From Rubripirellula sp. (GTDB lineage Bacteria; Planctomycetota; Planctomycetia; Pirellulales; Pirellulaceae): a stretch of DNA of 64,000 bases. The stretch spans positions 1,408,001 to 1,472,000 of the forward strand of contig OZ244207.1 of the NCBI GenBank assembly GCA_965216875.1. The letters run 5' to 3'. The position numbers and the translations under genes are program-made. Under the pieces are notes generated by a model. That model was not told the origin of the DNA. It worked only from the letters and a program-made list of their open reading frames with translations, and did not search any database. Positions 58,251-64,000 of this stretch are shown piece by piece (positions within the stretch are counted from its first letter, which is position 1; each line of letters starts with the position of its first letter).

Positions 58251-59987
58251 TCAACCACTTCGTAGCAGCGATTCGACCCGGTCGATCGCCTGTTGGACGG
58301 TCATGGCCGTTCCGGCTCGACCAATCGGTTTGCCGTTATCACGCCACTTTTCGACGTTTTTTCCGGCTGCGATCGCCGTGCTGTGTGAACGCCCCCCAAA
58401 GTGCCCGGCAATCTCACTGTAGGCCGCGGAAGTCAGTTGTCGCGACAGGTACATTGCGAGCATGCGTGGTTCCGAAACCGCTCGAGTTTGAGCCGCGCCC
58501 CGAAGCGAATCGTCGGGCAAATTGAACGCGCGACAGACGGCTGATTCGATCGTGCGGAGTGTCGCGACCGGCTGAGCTGCGCGGAGGAGGTCGCCACAAT
58601 ATTGGTGGATTTCGTCGATCGACGGCATCCGTGCAAACATGCGCTGCAATGTACCGATCATGTTGGCAACACCTTGCAGCACGCGGCCGTCACCAGCCAG
58701 CAGCGGAACCAGGTACTCGACGACACTCTCGGGCACTTCCAATGGGCAACGGCCCGCAAAGGTCCGGGCCAAAAGCTCATGTCGGGTCGCGGGGTCGAGT
58801 GGTTCGAGCGGGCAGAGTAATCCGCCCGAAAGTCGACCGGCGAGTTCGCGATTGAGACCTGGGATTTCGGTTGGCGACTGGTTGCCGCTAAAGATCATCG
58901 GGCATCCACTCTCGAGCAACGTCTCGACCGTGTAGAGCATCTCGCGAAGCGTGGCGCTTTTTGATCCGAGGAATTGAACGTCGTCAACCAGTAACGCGTC
59001 GACTTCGCGATAGCGACGGCGGAAAGATGCGATGCCGCTGTTACCGACCGAAGTAATGAAATCGTTCGTGAATTGCTCTGCCGACATTTGGATGACACGC
59101 CGCATGCGATGACGACGTCGAAACTGTTCAGCGATCGCGGTCAACAAATGCGTTTTGCCAGATCCCGTCGGACCGGAGACGAATAACGGGCTCGCGGTCG
59201 TGGGCACTTGAATGGTCATCACCATGGCGGTGTGCGCCAAACGATTGCAGCTTCCTTGAATGAAGGCTGCCGCGTTCATTTCGGATCGACGTTGGTTCGA
59301 ATCCGCTTCGCCGCCCTTTGCCTGAGCCTCATTTGCGTCAAGTTCTGGCAGATCAGGCTGGACCAAGCTTTCGGTTTGCGCTGACTTGACGGGACGATCG
59401 ACTCGCCGTGTCGTGACCTTTGCCGGACGCGATCCGGTCGCGCCTTGAACCAATTGACCGATGCTGGTCGTTTTGTTGCGCCCGCCTCGTCCACGCGTTG
59501 TCTTGGTCGGTCGACGTTTGGAGCCAGTTGTGGCGGTCGCAGCCGCGCTCGAGTTGGTCTTGTCGGTTGGGGTTGCCGTGACGTCCGCAGTTGCCGTGAC
59601 ATCTGGGGTTTTTGGGGCGTCCGCGTCGAAAGGCAACGCCTTCTGAACGGGCACGGTCTCGTCCAGCTGGATCACCAGCTCGGTTTTGGGACCTGCAACT
59701 TGCACCGCAGCGGCACGCAACTCGCGAACAAAGTTCTTGCGAAGCCGTTCGATTGCAAACGGACTTTGAACCATGACAAGAACCTTGCCACCACTGGCAT
59801 CCGAAGCGGTCTGCGACGAAGGCGACGCCGATGCCTGGAAAGCAAAGGTGACTCCGCGCGTAAACCACATCCGATACCGGTCTGCACCGATGCGTTGTTC
59901 AACTGCTTCCTTGAAGGTTTCGACAACGTCCTTGTCGTCGATGCAGCCTTGCGGTGCAGACATACTGGTAGCGCAATCCTCCGTCAT
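58251..59987 (-). CDS. dnaA: Chromosomal replication initiator DnaA-like protein (divergent paralog)
   Basis: Domain I (YRMWF), long linker, PLFVSGPTGSGKTHL, LLVDDVQFL, domain IV PRMLAMYLSRQLT...IAGHFGGRSHST. ATG at 59987 preferred. Confidence 0.88.
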   Translation of the reverse strand: MTEDCATSMSAPQGCIDDKDVVETFKEAVEQRIGADRYRMWFTRGVTFAFQASASPSSQTASDASGGKVLVMVQSPFAIERLRKNFVRELRAAAVQVAGPKTELVIQLDETVPVQKALPFDADAPKTPDVTATADVTATPTDKTNSSAAATATTGSKRRPTKTTRGRGGRNKTTSIGQLVQGATGSRPAKVTTRRVDRPVKSAQTESLVQPDLPELDANEAQAKGGEADSNQRRSEMNAAAFIQGSCNRLAHTAMVMTIQVPTTASPLFVSGPTGSGKTHLLTAIAEQFRRRHRMRRVIQMSAEQFTNDFITSVGNSGIASFRRRYREVDALLVDDVQFLGSKSATLREMLYTVETLLESGCPMIFSGNQSPTEIPGLNRELAGRLSGGLLCPLEPLDPATRHELLARTFAGRCPLEVPESVVEYLVPLLAGDGRVLQGVANMIGTLQRMFARMPSIDEIHQYCGDLLRAAQPVATLRTIESAVCRAFNLPDDSLRGAAQTRAVSEPRMLAMYLSRQLTSAAYSEIAGHFGGRSHSTAIAAGKNVEKWRDNGKPIGRAGTAMTVQQAIDRVESLLRSG

Positions 59988-60731
59988 GGATGTTTCGCGA
60001 TGCAACCAAGACAACGATCCAGCGAGCCCCATTGGCAATGGCCGAGTCGTTGTACTCCTTCGTGCGTGTGATGGGTCAGGCCGCCGAAGCGTTGGCAATG
60101 AAATCTGGTCGCCAACCTAGCTCCGCTGGGCGGCAACGTGGCCTCCCAACACGCGTTTTCTCGCCTCCGATGAATAGGTTTCCTTTCAGCGAGGGAAGAG
60201 ATTCTAGGGTTGCTAGCATTCAAGTCAAACACCCTCTCCTCGCTCCCTGACAAGATTCCAGTTCGGCCTACGCACAGGTGTTAAAAGCGACGCGATTGGC
60301 GCTCTTTTGGACCTGGGCCACCGACGTCCAAGCGGGCATCGGCGAGATGGGAAGACTGTACCATGCGGTGGAAAACCTGTCGGCAACAGAAAGCTCATCG
60401 AAACTTCATTTCGAGCTAATTGCCGTAAGCGATGAGGTCACAACGGGTTAGGAAAGATGTGTCGGCGCGGTTGGCGTTTTCAGGGCCGTTGGAGGCAAAG
60501 TCCCTTTTGCGGCCCCCCGATTAGAACAACTTCGATGAGCCTCTGTCTGTGAGCAATGAGCCGTTGGCCGTGAGGCCTCGGGCCCTTGGTACTCACGCAG
60601 GTTGCTCGAAGGCCCGGCCGCTGCCGCGATCACGGCTCACTTGTGTGGACTCGCGTAGGCCGGATCAAGGAGCGTTAGCGACGCTGATCCGGCAGACTCT
60701 TGGTTTGCGTTCAACCATCCGGGCACTCGCT

Positions 60732-61715
60732 TCATGCTGCTTGGCCGACCCGTTTGACCCAGACCGACTCGGAGAGCACGGGGGCGAAGCCGAGTTGGTG
60801 GTAGATGCGGCGCGCCCAGTGATTTGCCTGATCCACTGCCATGATCATTTGCTCGGCGCCCAACTCACCGGCACGTTGCATTGCCAATCGAACCAACTCG
60901 CGGCCGATCCCATGCCCGCGCGCCTCGGGCAGCACGCCCATGTAGACGAGCTCAATCACCGACGAAGCCGACTCGCGACGATGTTGTGCCAGGATCAAGA
61001 CACCGGCCAGGCGATCGTTGGTAGTGTCTCGGATTCGAAACCACAGCTCGGGCGCAAAAGAACCTGACGCGCGATATCCACAAAGTGTCTGTTCTGTCCG
61101 GCGGTATTTCGCGAGATCGGGACAATCCGCCGTCTCGCGATAGGTTTGTTCAACGATCTCGACCAACGCCTTCCACTGAGACGTGTCGTCGAGCTCGATC
61201 GGTTCCAGAACGACCTGTGACGTGGACGCGGGTTCGGTGTTCTCGGCAAGCGAGCCACTCAGGTATTCGAGTTGTGCGATGTGTTCAAAACCGCACGCTC
61301 GATACCAACTGGATGAGGCTTCGATTGAATCGGGGTTCGGGTCGGAGGCCCATTGTAGGAATTCGACACCTTGGTTGGCGAGTTCTCTGTCTAGAAAATC
61401 GTTGAGCACACGTTGTGCGTTGGAAAGGAGTGGGGCATCGAGTGACGCGACGCTGCCGATATGCACAACGGTCGCCGCCGACGCCGCTTCTTCGTTGCCT
61501 GGTGTTGGCGACGTCCTGATCACTACGGCTGCGGCAACGGGCTTTTGCTGTTCGTCCACCACGGTGGCTACGAAGACAAGGCCTGGGTCGGCGGAGATCG
61601 CGAGGCGGATCTGATCGACTGCAATCTGCCCACGGGCGATTGAGAGGTCGGAAAGCAGCAGAGGCAAGAGGGCCTGCAGGTTCGACAAGGGCGTGGCATG
61701 AACACTAAATGGCAT
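60732..61715 (-). CDS. GNAT family N-acetyltransferase
   Basis: ELVYMGVLPEARGHGIG...AVDQANHWARRIYHQLGF. Confidence 0.88.
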   Translation of the reverse strand: MPFSVHATPLSNLQALLPLLLSDLSIARGQIAVDQIRLAISADPGLVFVATVVDEQQKPVAAAVVIRTSPTPGNEEAASAATVVHIGSVASLDAPLLSNAQRVLNDFLDRELANQGVEFLQWASDPNPDSIEASSSWYRACGFEHIAQLEYLSGSLAENTEPASTSQVVLEPIELDDTSQWKALVEIVEQTYRETADCPDLAKYRRTEQTLCGYRASGSFAPELWFRIRDTTNDRLAGVLILAQHRRESASSVIELVYMGVLPEARGHGIGRELVRLAMQRAGELGAEQMIMAVDQANHWARRIYHQLGFAPVLSESVWVKRVGQAA

Positions 61716-61990
61716 TAGCGGGACACTCTCCCTCGCTGTCCAAGGTGTCTTGCCCGAGCGGGCGACCAACAAAAGTGATCGCGCGTCGGCTCGACATCAA
61801 ATGGAACGTGATTTCGACATATCTGGTGTATTCCACCACGTGTAAATGACCAACTGTGGAGCGCTTGCGACGCGATGCCGCCGCTTTTCTAACGTGGCAC
61901 TTCGTTCTTATGATAAGGGCACTATGATAAGGGTTGGTACCGCATCAACGGACAGCCCTTTTTGAGCCCTTCCCATTACGGACAACTAAA

Positions 61991-63376
61991 ATGTCTCGCC
62001 GATTCGTCACGAGCGTGCTCGCTGCAACCGCCGCATTCTGCATTGCTGGAGAGGTGCACCGACAAGCGGATGCACAGGGACTGTTGCGTCGCATTCGAAG
62101 CCGAATCGAGTCGCGGATCGTGGCACCTCCGGCCGGGCCACTGAGTCAGCAAGCTGGGGCACCTAATCAAGCGGCGCCAAATCCAAACGCTCGGCCAACA
62201 CCTGCCGGTGCACGTGTTTCTCCAATTGGCGGCTCGCCAAACGGTGCGCCCGAGCAAACGGGCTCGCAGACGACCAGCCGCTATGGTGGCTCCATCTTGG
62301 CTCCCAATGCTCCCAAAGGCGGCCGCCCTTCGCTTGGCGTGCTTGTCCACGAAGCGGCCACCCCCGGCCCCAATGCTCAGCCTGGATTGGAGGTTGCCGA
62401 ATTCCAGAACCAATCGCAAGCAGATGAGGCCGGTTTGAAAAAGGGCGACATCATCGTTGCCATCGATGGGCGTCCGACTCCGACAACGAGTGCCGTCTCA
62501 ACAATTTTGATTGGCAAACGCTTCGGGCAAACCGTTAATGCGCAGGTTGTGCGTGACGCGCGGCCAATCGTCGTTCGCGTCCCACTGGTCGGTTCACAAA
62601 CGGTGGCCGCAAATGAAGTCGCGGGCAGCCAGATTGCGGGCAGCCAGATCGCTGGAGTGCCGCCGGCGGTTCGGCAGTCGGGACAGAGCATCCTGCTCAA
62701 ACCAGATGTCAAGCAGAGCGATTCTGACGACGCCACGGCGAGCAACGTTCGCGTTGACAATCAAGTCGTAAGCGATTTTGGCCTGGAAGTGGAAGACGCT
62801 GAATCGGCGCGGGGTGCGATTGTCAAGACGGTTCAACAAAAGAGTGCGGCGCAGTCCGCGGGACTCAAGCCGGGCGACCGTGTGGTTTCGATCGATGGAA
62901 CACTCATCGACGGTGCCGATGCGGTCGCCGATGTACTTGCCAAGAAGAAAGACGAAGACGCCTTTACCCTGCGTTTGGTCCGTGGCGGAAAACTGATCAA
63001 CGCGGACGCAAGCTTCGCAGCCAAGACGGGCGCAGCCACATCGAAGGCAAAGGAGGCCGCCGAGGCCTTGCCGTCACTCGAAGGCATTGGGTCAGCCCTC
63101 GGTGGACTCTTCGGTAGCAACGACGGAGCAAAGAAGAACGAAGAGAAGTCGAAAGTTCGCCAGGTCGATTTTGAAGAGGCAGCAGAGAAGCCGGCTCAAG
63201 ACGATGCCGGTTCGAAACTTGAAAACGACCCGCCCTCGCTGGAATCGCTCGAACCGCCGTCTGCCGAGCCGGTTGATCGCGATCTTGATGAATCGAGCGA
63301 ATCGGAAATTCTTCGCAGGAAGATTCGAGAGCTCGAAGATCGCCTCAAACAAATCCAAGAAGACAACCAGAAATAG
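61991..63376 (+). CDS. Exported protein with two PDZ domains
   Basis: Signal peptide; AGLKKGDIIVAIDG and AGLKPGDRVVSIDG; C-terminal coiled coil. Confidence 0.85.
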   Translation: MSRRFVTSVLAATAAFCIAGEVHRQADAQGLLRRIRSRIESRIVAPPAGPLSQQAGAPNQAAPNPNARPTPAGARVSPIGGSPNGAPEQTGSQTTSRYGGSILAPNAPKGGRPSLGVLVHEAATPGPNAQPGLEVAEFQNQSQADEAGLKKGDIIVAIDGRPTPTTSAVSTILIGKRFGQTVNAQVVRDARPIVVRVPLVGSQTVAANEVAGSQIAGSQIAGVPPAVRQSGQSILLKPDVKQSDSDDATASNVRVDNQVVSDFGLEVEDAESARGAIVKTVQQKSAAQSAGLKPGDRVVSIDGTLIDGADAVADVLAKKKDEDAFTLRLVRGGKLINADASFAAKTGAATSKAKEAAEALPSLEGIGSALGGLFGSNDGAKKNEEKSKVRQVDFEEAAEKPAQDDAGSKLENDPPSLESLEPPSAEPVDRDLDESSESEILRRKIRELEDRLKQIQEDNQK

Positions 63377-63421
63377 CGGGGATCGCGAAGTCTCTTGTCG
63401 ACGTGATACAACATTGGTGAC

Positions 63422-64000
63422 ATGAAAAGATACGTTGCCTGTTCATCTCTGCCTGTTTCCGTCGAAGAAGCGTTCCAATATCACGAGCGTCCAGGGGCGC
63501 TCGTTCGATTGATCCCACCATGGGAATCGGCCACGGTTGAGTCGAGTGACGGTTCGCTTGAAGTCGGTAGTCGCGTTGTGGTATCGACGCGAATTTTCGG
63601 CATCCCCTTTCGCTGGCGCGCCGAACACACTCTGTATGAGCCGCCGAATTGTTTTGCAGACAAGCAGGTTTCCGGGCCCTTCAAGTCTTGGAATCATGTT
63701 CACCGGTTTGAAGCATCAGGCCAGTACACGTTGTTGCGAGATTCGATCGAGTATGAGCTTCCATTGGGTTTGCCCGGCCGAGTGCTGGGGGACGGCAAGG
63801 CACTCAAAACGATAGAGGCAATGTTTGCTTTTCGGCATCGCGTGACGCGCGATGACCTTACCCTTGCCGCGGATCATCCCTCGGAGCCATTGAAGATTGC
63901 CGTTAGCGGCAGCACCGGACTTGTAGGCAGTCAGTTCTGTTCGCTCATGACCTTGCTCGGCCACGAGATCTTTCCGATTGTGCGTTCGAAGTCAACGGAT
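63422..64000 (+). CDS. TIGR01777-type NAD-dependent oxidoreductase with N-terminal SRPBCC domain; partial, runs off the window end
   Basis: Not in the ORF track. Manual translation gives MKRYVACSSLPVSVEEAFQYHERPGALVRLIPPWE...FADKQVSGPFKSWNHVHRF...FAFRH...KIAVSGSTGLVGS. Confidence 0.9.
   Translation, partial: MKRYVACSSLPVSVEEAFQYHERPGALVRLIPPWESATVESSDGSLEVGSRVVVSTRIFGIPFRWRAEHTLYEPPNCFADKQVSGPFKSWNHVHRFEASGQYTLLRDSIEYELPLGLPGRVLGDGKALKTIEAMFAFRHRVTRDDLTLAADHPSEPLKIAVSGSTGLVGSQFCSLMTLLGHEIFPIVRSKSTD

Noticed and set aside
59988..60731. oriC upstream of the dnaA-like gene
   Set aside because: Only weak box-like words (GGTGGAAAA 60367-60375, TGTGGACTC 60644-60652), no cluster and no clear AT-rich unwinding element. 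This cannot be supported without genome-wide GC skew.

Overview
A GC-rich, gene-dense chromosomal window that is almost certainly from a marine-type planctomycete (Pirellulaceae-like). The evidence is a LEPRxLL-type exported protein, three DUF1559 proteins, PVC-type heme-binding proteins, DUF1501, a BBP7-type beta-barrel and three Cys-type sulfatases. Housekeeping genes are zwf, bioA, an EF-G paralog, dnaB and a divergent dnaA paralog. I saw no rRNA, tRNA, CRISPR array, transposase, integrase or prophage. Two edge-truncated genes are missing from the ORF track: a large acidic exported protein (<3..2681, minus) and a TIGR01777-type oxidoreductase (63422..>64000, plus). The most notable unexplained signals are: (i) a complete promoter-hairpins-terminator small-RNA unit in the 1.36-kb gap before zwf, followed by a related second hairpin; (ii) a tandem GxxExxY nuclease-like gene bracketed by inverted 15-nt repeat arrays; (iii) a CBS-HEPN (RNDLAH) putative ligand-gated RNase near a HIGH-type nucleotidyltransferase; (iv) a glycosyltransferase and Cys-cluster enzyme pair upstream of the large exported protein; (v) a dnaA paralog with an altered DNA-binding motif directly upstream of dnaB; (vi) two REP/REPIN-like elements. 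All family calls come from motifs read by eye, not from database searches.
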